Of a DNA stretch of 64,000 nt, positions 13,901-22,424 are shown piece after piece. Source of the stretch: Octopus bimaculoides (Eukaryota); contig NC_068995.1 in the NCBI RefSeq assembly GCF_001194135.2, forward strand, positions 32,656,122-32,720,121, written 5' to 3'. A program made the translations under genes and the position numbers. Position 1 is the stretch's first letter, and each line of letters starts with the position of its first letter. The notes beneath the pieces were generated by a model. It searched no databases and was not told the DNA's origin. It was given only the letters and a program-made list of their open reading frames with translations.

Positions 13901-16900
13901 ATTTAGTTGTATTTAACATAATTTCACTTACTAATAATTAGATTTTATTAAATTTTCATTAAATAGAAATAATTTGTGTTTAACAGGTGTCACATTAAAA
14001 GCTATCAAATTGCAAAGTTGTTGTTTATAGTTTCAGCTTAGAGCTGCGGCCATGCTGATGCACCGCTGTGTTTGTGTTGTCTATATAAATATAATCGGTT
14101 TTGTGGGACTGACACATGTCAGTCTGTTTTACTCACTCAATATACCCACCTTTTCATCCCTAAGGAGACTGACAATGTCAGTCTGCTTTAGCCACTCAGT
14201 ATACCCTCCTCGTCCCTCGACATTAGTATTCCAATAATAAAAATAAATGAATATGATGCTGATTGTGTGTGTATGTTTGCATGCATGTAACTGTATGAGA
14301 CTGTGTGTTTAAGTGTGTTTGTGTGTGTACACATAACTGTATGAGACTGTGTGTTTAAGTGTGTTTATGTGTGTACACATAACTGTATTAGATTGTGTGT
14401 ATATACGTAACTGTATGAGACTGTGTGTTTTTTTGTGTGCGTGTACACACACGTACCTGTATGAGACTGTGTTTGTGTGTCTCCGCGCAACCAGAAATAA
14501 CCAAAGTATTATTTTACAAATTGTGAGCATATATATATGACACAATGAAGGAAATTATTGTTTACAGTGCTCAGATGCACTACAACTAAAAAACAAAAAT
14601 AAAAAAGCCATCAGTTGTACTGTTGGCAGATTTCAGGAAGCATGAAAATTTTGAAGGATGTAGTGTTACAAATGAATCAAATAGTAACAAAACAAGTCAC
14701 TGGATTACTCACTTTCCAACAGCAATATTCCAAGCCAACTGACTATTGACAATTTGGACTAATCCAGCAGGAAGGGAACATGGCAAGCCAGATCTGTAAT
14801 GGAGCAAAATGAAAAGAATAAAAACTAAGACAAATGATTTTAATCAGAGTATAAAATATATAAATAATGTATTTAAAATATTGTGAAGAATATGGGCTTC
14901 AAATTTTGACACAAGGCCAGTAATTTCTGGGGAGGTAGGTAAGTCAATTACATCAACTCCAGTGCTCAACTGGTATTTATTTTATTGACCCTGAAAGGAT
15001 GAAAGGCAAAGTCGGTGGAATTTGAACACAAAACGTAAAGACAGACGAAATGCTGCTAAGCATTTTGCTCAACATGCTAACAATTCTGCCAGCTTGTCAC
15101 TTTTTAATGTAAGAAAGAATAATGAAAGAAACAAAGGTGAAGATAAATCATGATTTCAGTTAGATAAAGAGTAATTATCTGATTTATTAAAATATATATC
15201 ATCATTTTAATGTCCACTTTTCTATGCTTGTATGGGTCAGATGGAGTTTATTGAGGCAGATGTTTTAAAGTCTCACTTGTTTTCAAGCAAGGTAATATTT
15301 CCTCGTGGCCATACACATTTCGGCAGAATATCAAACACATACAAGCTTGTCCTTTCAGGTGCTGGTGCCACTTAAAAAAGCACCCGTGCCAGAGCTGCGT
15401 TAATACACCTGTGTAAATGCACCCATGACAGTGACACGTAAAAAGCACCCAGCACATTCTATTAAGTGGTTGGCATTAGAAAGGACATCCAGTCATAGAA
15501 ACCATGCCACAACAGACAGTTGGAGTCCAGACAGCTTCTTGTTAGCCAGCTCCATGTCAAACTGTCCAACCCATGCCAGCATGGAGAGCAGACATTAAAA
15601 GATGATGATCAGAAATGAATGACATTCATTTACAACAATCACACAATGTCAAGACAAGGAGACACAAACAAGACTCAAACTCACATACATATTCACATCA
15701 TCATCAGTTAACATCCTTGTTCAACGCTGGTATGCATGGGACATACATATATACACACACAATGGACTTGTTTCAGTCAGTTTCCATCTACCAAATCCAC
15801 TCATAAGCCTTTGGCCAACCCAAAGTGCCACATAGTGTGATTAAACCTGAAACCATGTGATTGAGAAGTAAACTTCCCAACAGCCATGCCTGCACCAATG
15901 TGAAAATATAAAATAAAATAAAAATGCATAAAACATTTCAATATATTTCTCATACTTACTTAAAAGGTATTCCAATATTTTTCAAAATATTCCATATACT
16001 TCCTTCAAAAAAAGAAAAAGTTGAATTTAATGTGGTCAATGTTTATAGTTGATTCTCAATAAATTCAGTTGAAGACATTTCAATCAGGGATCTAATATTT
16101 AAACCATTGAATATGTTAAGCCATTACACCTCTGATAGAGGAGAGAATATAGGTATAGAACAATCCCTTCTGCAACAAAGCACAACATATCTCAGTCCTC
16201 TGTCATCTCCTTTATTTTGAGATCGGCATTTGTTCCATGCCCTCCTGGGTCTCTACCTTCCACAACTTCCCTCCACTTTAAGTGATTTGATCCATTTATT
16301 TTTTTTAAATACAAACACAGCTTTAAAAAGTAAATAAGCAAAAACAGAAATTGAAAAAGGAAAAAAAACTTACTCTGTGATGCAGAGGTGAGTTTGTTCC
16401 ATATCGAAAGCTCTTTGCTGTCTTTCTGTGGACGATACTGGAAAAAAAAAGGTTTTAGTATAAATATTGTAATGATTAATCAAGTAAAACATCATCATAT
16501 TTTGATTATCATTAGCAGAAGCAGTTAGTATGAGAAGGAAAGAGTGGAGAATATTTGGCTTCAAAAATATACATGGTGTAGTAACGCCTTGTCTCGTTCG
16601 CATGCGTAGTCATCAATATCCAAGTTTGGCGCCGATATTCATTCTCTTTCTCGGTCAGCCGGCCATGAGCATGGACGGGTCAAGCTTTCTCTCCAGCATT
16701 CCAACGTCTCAGCAACCATGCCTATTTCCTACATAAATAAATATTGTTGTGTTGATAGTTCAGAGTCAGCGTTACGTTGTTTCTTTTTGAATTTAATATA
16801 GGAAAGCGGGTATACACCTAATGGTGTATAACCACTTTCCTATAATGGAAATATAATTGATCTTTGATATTGTTTGATTGATCCCTAGCTGGTGACCACA

Positions 16901-19900
16901 GGTGGAGGCTGTCCTTTCAACCAATATGCTACTGTGGGTGCTGCTGGATAATGGACTCTGGTGATGATGTTATTCCATGCTTTCTGATCCATGGCATTGA
17001 CCTTAGCATGCTCAAGGTCAAGGTACTGCAACTTCAGGTCTTCTTCAATTTGTTTCACCCATGTATTTGGTGCGCTGGAAATCTAACAAGTGATATTAGC
17101 TGTCATTTTATAACTGCTATCAGTACAGATACCTAAAGTTAATAGAGATTCTTAAATATTGATACAGTTTCATCCACTTTTGTGGTGTAAGTATATCATC
17201 ATCCTCATCATCATTTAACGTCCACTTTCCATCAGGTCCATTCATTCAACTAAAAATTCTTCAAGGCTATGCTCCAACATGGCCACAGTCTAATGACTGA
17301 AATGAATAAACGATAGTCTAGGATGTCCATGTGAGTATCAGCCACACCATCCCAGATATGGGAGTAGTTGTCTGCTGAAGTTTTACAATGCTGCTATTAG
17401 CAATGCTAAGATACTGGATGGATCTGTTCAATCTGAACATAAAAAAAGGTAGAATATTTAGGCCAGATCTGGTCAGTTTAAATGCTAAAAGGTTAACTAT
17501 ACATTGACTAAGCCATATTCCACTCCACTACATATTTTAAGAATTTCAGCAGTAATCCCTAATGGACCAGGGGCTTTCCTGTTTTCATATCCTTAATTGC
17601 CTTATATATTATACTGCTGTTGACTAGGATAGTTGGTCTCTCTGTTGGGTCCACATTGGGAAGATCCTGTTTCTCTCAGATATTCTCCATGGTTAACAGC
17701 CTTCCATTGAAGTATTTCCATGCTTCTTTCTTTTCAGAAACAGAAAGTGTAAGTGTACCATTATCTATCCACACATTCATTTCTCTGATACACTGTCTTG
17801 CAATCTGAAGCATTTGCTCCTCATGCTGGAAAACATTGGCAAATTTCTTCCTTTCTACTTATCCATTTACTATGTAAACCTGTCACTTAGCTTCCCTTTT
17901 TGCTGTCTGGTATACTTCTCTGCTACCTGCATTCTTTCAATCCTTCCAGGCCTGCCTTTTCACTTTTATAGTTCTGTCTATTTCACTGTTCTACCACATC
18001 ACCTTCTTCCAGCTGGAACTTTGCACCAGCCACATAGGTGCTATCAAAAAGTTCCCAGACAGATAGCAGCACACGGATGAGTGCACAGTGAGAGCTAGCA
18101 GTGACCTTCATGAGGCAGTGTGCCGAGTGACATTGCTGTGTTTACTTTGCAAGTTGTGAAATTTGTGTTTTTGTTATAATGTGTATGCAGTAGTCTGCAA
18201 GTTTGTCATGGACAGGAACAAAAAGCCAACATGAAATTTTGCTACAGAGATACTGAGCATACTTCGGCAAGCTTACAGTGACGAGGTAATGGCTCATACA
18301 CAATGTTTTTGAGTGGTACAGGTGCTTCAAAAGAAGAACATCCCTGGAAGACAATGAGCAATCTGGAAGACTTGCTGTGAGCATCACCCCTGGAAATGTG
18401 GTATTGTGCATCAAGAATTCATCCTCTGGGGCCAGACTGTCAATTGAGAGTTCTACTGCAACGTTTTGAAGCATTTGAGAGAGGACATTCAGCAAAATGA
18501 CCAGATCTATGGAGCTCAAAGAACTGGATTCTTCACAACGACAATGTACCCTGTCACTCAGCTCTCCCCACTCATGAGTTTCTCCCTAAAAACAACATAG
18601 TATCGCTTCCGCATCTGCCCTATTTGCCAAATTTAGCAGTGGACTTCCATCTCTTCCCCAAGATGAAACTGCAGCTCAAAGGTCGCCATTTTAACACAGC
18701 TATTGAGATCCAGAGCAAATTGCAGAATGTTTTAAACTCACTCATAGAAAACTTCCAGGCCAAATTTCAAAAGCTGGACCAGTGTATTGCTGCACAAGGT
18801 AATTATTTTGAAGGAGATGACGTTAAAACTTAGTTCAATGAATTATTTTTTATTAAACATAACTAGCCCTGGAACTTTTTGAAACCACCTCCTATGTGGT
18901 CTGTAGCTCCCACAAGACCTTCTACTTGTCCTCTATGTTATATATCTTTAACACCTTCTTTTCAACAAAAGCTTCAGTTAAAATATCTTTAAATGTCTTA
19001 CTATTTGCAAGGTCTATGAGTTTCCATGCCTTTCTTTTCCAGACTGGTTTGTTTCTCTTAATCCTTCTAGCTCTAATTTTGAAGTCACTAACCATTAACC
19101 TATGCTGGGTAGTACATTCCTTGCCTGGGAAAAATTTTGCGTGCATTTCTAAGCATTTGTGTATCCTGTCTTCTAATGGTCAATCTGGTTTATATGCACA
19201 TTAAATTGATAGATGATCAGGTGCCTGGTTGGTTTCCAGAAGTTAGTGTTGTAGATCATCAAGTCAGAGTGCTGCCCAACATAACCATTAAAGTCACTAG
19301 CCACAATAAGAAAGTTACTGTCAATCATCATCAAAGTATTCTGCACCTAAAAACTGGAATATATACGGTAAACTAAAATATAGTGAATTAATGATGAGGT
19401 ACCAGAGCAAAGGTTAAAATATGATACACTTTCAAAAGCAAAGGATTCTTATCTCAAAGTAAAAGAGCCAATTCGCAGAATTCTGCAAAAATTATGAGGT
19501 CAGCTTTGGCTAAAATTTTGCTAAATCTAAGCCGCGATTACTTCTTTGTCTACCTCATAAAAAATTATTATTCTGGTATTTGAACTCGTAAGAAATAATA
19601 ATTGAACAATTTCTATTATTTTACTTCACCAAGGAACCTCTTTCCGATTGCTTAACTTTTGGAAATAGCAACCAAACCTTCCTGGAATTAGCCAGTCTGA
19701 ATACAAAAAAAAAAAAAAAAAATCCTAAACAAACTGATGCCTGTACTCGGTCGAATGAAAAAAATCCCCTAAACTAAACAAACTAACCACAGCACAATAT
19801 CCTGCTTGACAAGAAAGAAAAAAAAACTCAAAAACTTCCACGGCGCCAAACAAATTACCCAAAAGTTTGTATTGTGAAAGTAGACACTACAGCAAAAGGA

Positions 19901-21606
19901 ACCATATGTTTAGCTGTGCCTCACAGTTCATGTTGAAATTATACTAAGTCAATCTTACTTTTCATTCTCCTAGAGTCGATGAAATTAGTAGCAGTGAGAT
20001 ACCGAGTCAAATATACAAATTCTACAAAACTGTTTTTATGCTTAGTTTAATAAAATTTAGTCCCAAGTCAGCTCTTGGGGTGAATCACAACAATCATAGA
20101 CCAGCTTTTTGTTATAACCATGACAATATTGTCCAATACATCTTTCTTTTTAAGATGAAATGGGGTTATCTGAGATAGACCTAGCTACTATTTCTACTAG
20201 ATCAAGCAACCAAGTAGAGGTTCCTTGGTTGGCTCGTCCAGCAGAATTTTTGCTAATGTTTAGTCCTAATTGAACGCGGATCAGTAGACTTATGATCAAA
20301 GACGTCCCATTAGTCTTTTTTTTAGGGGTATATAAAACTCAATGTGTCCTTCCTCTTCAAAGGCGATAGGGTGTGGTTCGAAGGGTATTTGGCTGTCATT
20401 TCTAGCTGCTCGAGATTCCTTATTATTATTAATGAATCACCACTGGGTCGCGGGCGCCTCATTAGAGTCCCTAATGCCCTTGAGAAAAGCATGATTGCCA
20501 CACATACTCATTAATCAGTTGTTGTAAATGTCTGTCAGGAACGGTTACTGTTGTTGTTCGTTAATAATAATAATAATAATTAGGCAAATACATATGTAAA
20601 CAACGTGAATATGAGATGTTTATTGTATTGTGTGAAGCCAGCATTTAAAACTAAAGTTATGAAATAAGGTTTAAATTAGTTACGATGGTGGTAATAAGAG
20701 GAAATGTATCTGTAGTTTAAGAAGAGCAATGCAACAAAATAAATACTTCACATAAACACTACTTCGGGAATATAGAGGGTCTATATTAAAACCAACAATT
20801 TCCCTTAATTTACACAGAAACGTAGCTAAAAGTAATATTTAGAAGGAACAATATATACACATATTTATAACTTTAGCTTTTTGACACTATACGTTTTCGA
20901 AGATCTCAACGTTCCATAAAATACTATGCAAGCATGGTAAAATAAACGTTCTTATTGTAATGGGGGAAAAGGAATACTTAAAAACCAAATTCAATATATA
21001 GATATATATATTTAGTGAATTACTATATATCTTAAAGGTTATATTCAATAGGTTTCTATAAAAATAATATACATAGATGGCAATTTTTAATCATCATATT
21101 CCGAATTACCAGGAAATTCGTTGGAACATTTATTTTTAAGAATCAAAATAATGCATGATTTTAAGAAGTTAATTTACTGTTGTGTCATGTCGAATAAGAG
21201 ACGTGATTAAGAAACACTTAACTCAGCAATTAACACGCGTCCGATTGACAACGAGGAGTACTTGAAAACAAAAATATTGATGAATAAACAAAAAAAATCA
21301 AACAGTTCTGTTAGAAGTAGTGACAAAAACACAATTAAGACAAACTACAAAGATACGAAAATGATGGCTTATAAAAAAAAACCTGCCAACTTAACCAAAG
21401 CAGACACGTAGAAGCAACACTTTGAAGTTTATATACAACAAAAAATATCCATCAGTATTCAAGTGAAATGAAAAATTAATACTAAAACAAAAGTATACGT
21501 TAAAATAAATATTTACAAATGGTTCTGCATCCACTTTCCATTCGGCATGTACAGTGAGATTGTAGAGAATGTTTTCTTCATTCGACTCGTCCTCCGCAGG
21601 CGCCAT
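1485..21606 (-). CDS. NBAS: NBAS (neuroblastoma-amplified sequence / Sec39-like NRZ tether subunit), 5' part: 12 coding exons, 1212 nt = 404 codons; gene continues beyond position 1
   Basis: Exons 21517-21606, 16374-16437, 15960-16002, 14713-14793, 13460-13507, 11804-11981, 10995-11092, 8461-8761, 6746-6811, 5550-5678, 3997-4060, 1485-1534 join into one open frame. Motifs match human NBAS as I recall it: EENILYNL (EETILYDL), GQLVAILQDQFVEIR, PQWRQIAWS, GLSLWRILSDSPHYK, IFKMCLSPD, PGYDD, LIDINWW. Confidence 0.95.
1606..1641. repeat. (TA)n microsatellite
   Basis: Direct. Confidence 0.95.
1641..1884. mobile_element. MITE with ~68-bp near-perfect TIRs, next to a (TA)n tract
   Basis: 1641-1707 is the reverse complement of 1816-1884, with about 3 mismatches. 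Confidence 0.9.
2485..2926 (-). mobile_element. Two head-to-tail Nin/Deu-type SINE copies; others near 14900-15100, 27330-27765, 29345-29900 and 49010-49170
   Basis: Repeated GGATGAAAGGCAAAGTC...AGCTCGCTGCCTT body. Confidence 0.8.
3997..4060 (-). CDS. NBAS: NBAS coding exon 11 (PGYDDISQEFLENPYKKKFLK), non-canonical GC donor
   Basis: 64 nt, CAG acceptor, AAG|GCAAGT donor; the resulting phase 1 is required by the next exon. Confidence 0.9.
5378..5485. other. Assembly gap (others at 29667-29676, 34395-34426 and 40564-40617)
   Basis: Runs of N. Confidence 1.
5550..5678 (-). CDS. NBAS: NBAS coding exon 10 (DSIFKMCLSPD...WLHEDQ)
   Basis: 129 nt, TAG acceptor, GTAATT donor; resembles DGIFKMSLSPDG...GQNEQ. 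Confidence 0.95.
5818..6444. mobile_element. TTAA MITE family A copy, interrupted by a SINE
   Basis: ATAACCCTTTAGCATT ... AATGCTATAGGGTTAA; SINE at 5891-6277 lies inside. Confidence 0.8.
5891..6277 (+). mobile_element. Full-length tRNA-derived SINE (family A) with 12-bp TSD
   Basis: A-box TGGCCCAGTGG, B-box GTTTCGATTCC, (ACA)-rich tail; AAATCTATCATT at 5879-5890 and 6278-6289. Confidence 0.9.
6746..6811 (-). CDS. NBAS: NBAS coding exon 9 (SKPKSFLKKLFLLPKLSWKNSK)
   Basis: 66 nt, phase 0/0, CAG acceptor, GTATAG donor; positional equivalent of a poorly conserved NBAS exon. Confidence 0.75.
7075..7520 (-). mobile_element. L2/CR1-group LINE 3' remnant
   Basis: SLTHRCDVCSLSL and ALWNSFPGHVFP..IELQNIK.NIN motifs on the minus strand. 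Confidence 0.65.
7272..7303. repeat. (AG)16 microsatellite inside the L2/CR1 remnant
   Basis: Direct. Confidence 0.95.
7845..7908. repeat. Compound (CA)n(CT)n microsatellite
   Basis: Direct. Confidence 0.95.
8461..8761 (-). CDS. NBAS: NBAS coding exon 8 (SAHLLVVNYLG...YEQDLHK)
   Basis: 301 nt, CAG acceptor, GTAAGT donor; HPQGVTGLVY and GLSLWRILSDSPHYK motifs. Confidence 0.95.
8910..10172 (+). mobile_element. Decayed full-length mariner element (~1.26 kb) in NBAS intron 7
   Basis: Imperfect TIRs (TCGAGGGCAATCAAAGAATT / AATTTTTGACTTACCCTCATA). Broken transposase from ATG 9071 (MATPLAVCTKEEQRSVI), with VTGDD and YSPDLTPSDYH motifs and a WKKCIK..GDYVEN* end. Confidence 0.9.
10398..10728. mobile_element. 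hAT-like MITE (~330 bp)
   Basis: CAGGGGTCTCAAC ... GTTGAGAACCCTTG termini and internal ATGGACCCC motifs; TSD is degenerate. Confidence 0.6.
10995..11092 (-). CDS. NBAS: NBAS coding exon 7 (ATETSSSNVGVPTDLTHSIAGLVFLENTKVKD)
   Basis: 98 nt, CAG acceptor, GTATGT donor; DLTHSIAGLVFLE resembles DLSYAIAGLIFLE. Confidence 0.9.
11804..11981 (-). CDS. NBAS: NBAS coding exon 6 (SSHDDYNNIIG...PQWRQIAWSSDG...FSIPS)
   Basis: 178 nt, TAG acceptor, GTAAGT donor; strong NBAS beta-propeller similarity. Confidence 0.95.
12830..13160 (+). mobile_element. RTE 3' end with (GAT)n tail
   Basis: GLEKTHP-like ORF end, then the common tail ending GACGTTAAATGATGATGATGA. Confidence 0.7.
13460..13507 (-). CDS. NBAS: NBAS coding exon 5 (FGQLVAILQDQFVEIR)
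   Basis: 48 nt, CAG acceptor, GTGAGT donor; resembles GKLLAAVQDQCVEIR. Confidence 0.92.
14289..14480. repeat. Minisatellite, ~5 degenerate units of about 30-46 bp (AACTGTATGAGACTGTGTGTTT...)
   Basis: Directly visible tandem units. Confidence 0.85.
14713..14793 (-). CDS. NBAS: NBAS coding exon 4 (SGLPCSLPAGLVQIVNSQLAWNIAVG)
   Basis: CAG acceptor, GTGAGT donor; resembles NBAS LPDGLVRLVNKQINW. Confidence 0.9.
15960..16002 (-). CDS. NBAS: NBAS coding exon 3 (RSIWNILKNIGIPFK)
   Basis: 43 nt, AAG acceptor after a pyrimidine tract, GTAAGT donor. Supplies the phase 1 to 2 bridge needed between exons 2 and 4; similarity is weak. Confidence 0.65.
16374..16437 (-). CDS. NBAS: NBAS coding exon 2 (YRPQKDSKELSIWNKLTSASQ)
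   Basis: Poly-T CAG acceptor, GTAAGT donor, 64 nt, phase 0 to 1. Low sequence conservation; assigned by splice sites and phase. Confidence 0.75.
17500..19200 (-). mobile_element. RTE-clade LINE fragment (endonuclease end / RT linker), split by a mariner
   Basis: ECTTQHRLMVSDF, WKL, TDHICGWCK and GITAEILK motifs; homologous to the 31.4-32.8 kb copy. Confidence 0.85.
18037..18892 (+). mobile_element. Internally deleted mariner (~0.86 kb), TA TSD, nested in an RTE LINE
   Basis: TIR cores TCAAAAAGTTCC / GGAACTTTTTGA; WILHNDN and PYLPNLAVDFHLFPKMK..LKGRHF motifs; TA at 18035-36 and 18893-94. Confidence 0.9.
21517..21606 (-). CDS. NBAS: NBAS coding exon 1 (MAPAEDESNEENILYNLTVHAEWKVDAEPF)
   Basis: ATG in AAAATGGCG context; GTAAAT donor, phase 0; similar to the NBAS N-terminus. 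Confidence 0.9.
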
Positions 21607-21928
21607 TTTAACTACGTCCTTCGCCTTGGCTACTTTGCTCAGGCCTTCACCTCTCTAAAAGCAAACTATTCGTTGATTCAATTTGATTCGTTGGCTTGAT
21701 ACACTTCTTAATAAACCATCAAAACTTTCTTCTTTCAATTGTAGATGTCTTCACATACTTACAATTAATATTTGTTAGAAAGTAATGAGTTATCTCACAC
21801 TAATTTATGGATCAACATATAAACTATAAATAAGGATTTTATATTCAGACTTGAAAGCAACTATTGGGAGATTCGGCAAAGCAACCCTGTCATAGGTTTC
21901 TCATTGCCATTTTAATGTCTTGTAGAAC

Positions 21929-22152
21929 TCATGAAGGCGGTGAGCTGGCAGAATCGTGAGCACGCCGGGCAAATGCTTAGCCGTATTTCGTTCGTCTTTA
22001 CGTTCTAAGTTCAAATTCTGCCGAGGTTGACTTTGCCTTTCATCGTGTCGAATTCGATAAAATAAGTACCGGTTGGGTACTGGTGTCGATGTAATCGATT
22101 TGCCCTTACCCCAAAATTGCTGGGCCCTATACTAAAATTTGAAACCAATATA
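21929..22152 (+). mobile_element. Nin/Deu-domain-type SINE with 11-bp TSD, just upstream of NBAS
   Basis: GCCTTTCATC...GATAAAATAAGTACC core; TCTTGTAGAAC at 21918-21928 and 22153-22163. Confidence 0.85.
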
Positions 22153-22358
22153 TCTTGTAGAACCGTTGAGCAATGAGTTAACATATTTCAAAATGATAAA
22201 GATAATTGAAGAGAATCCACGAGAAGAGATTATTGACAGTTTTATGCCAAAATCTCCACCAATTTTCTTAATCCCAAATCATTTTGATCAATAAGTTGTC
22301 ATACAAATTAGGGTTAATTTTAGGGATCTAATTCCAATTCGCCATCTCTCTCTCTCTC

Positions 22359-22424
22359 ACCAATCAGAAAGCTATGATTGGCCGAACAGGCTCCATCTAC
22401 TACGTCCGTTTGTCACTTATATAA
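22359..22424 (+). promoter_or_regulatory. Orphan CCAAT-CCAAT-TATA promoter signature
   Basis: ACCAATCAG (22359), TGATTGGCC (22375) and TATATAA (22418), in canonical order for plus-strand transcription. Confidence 0.35.
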
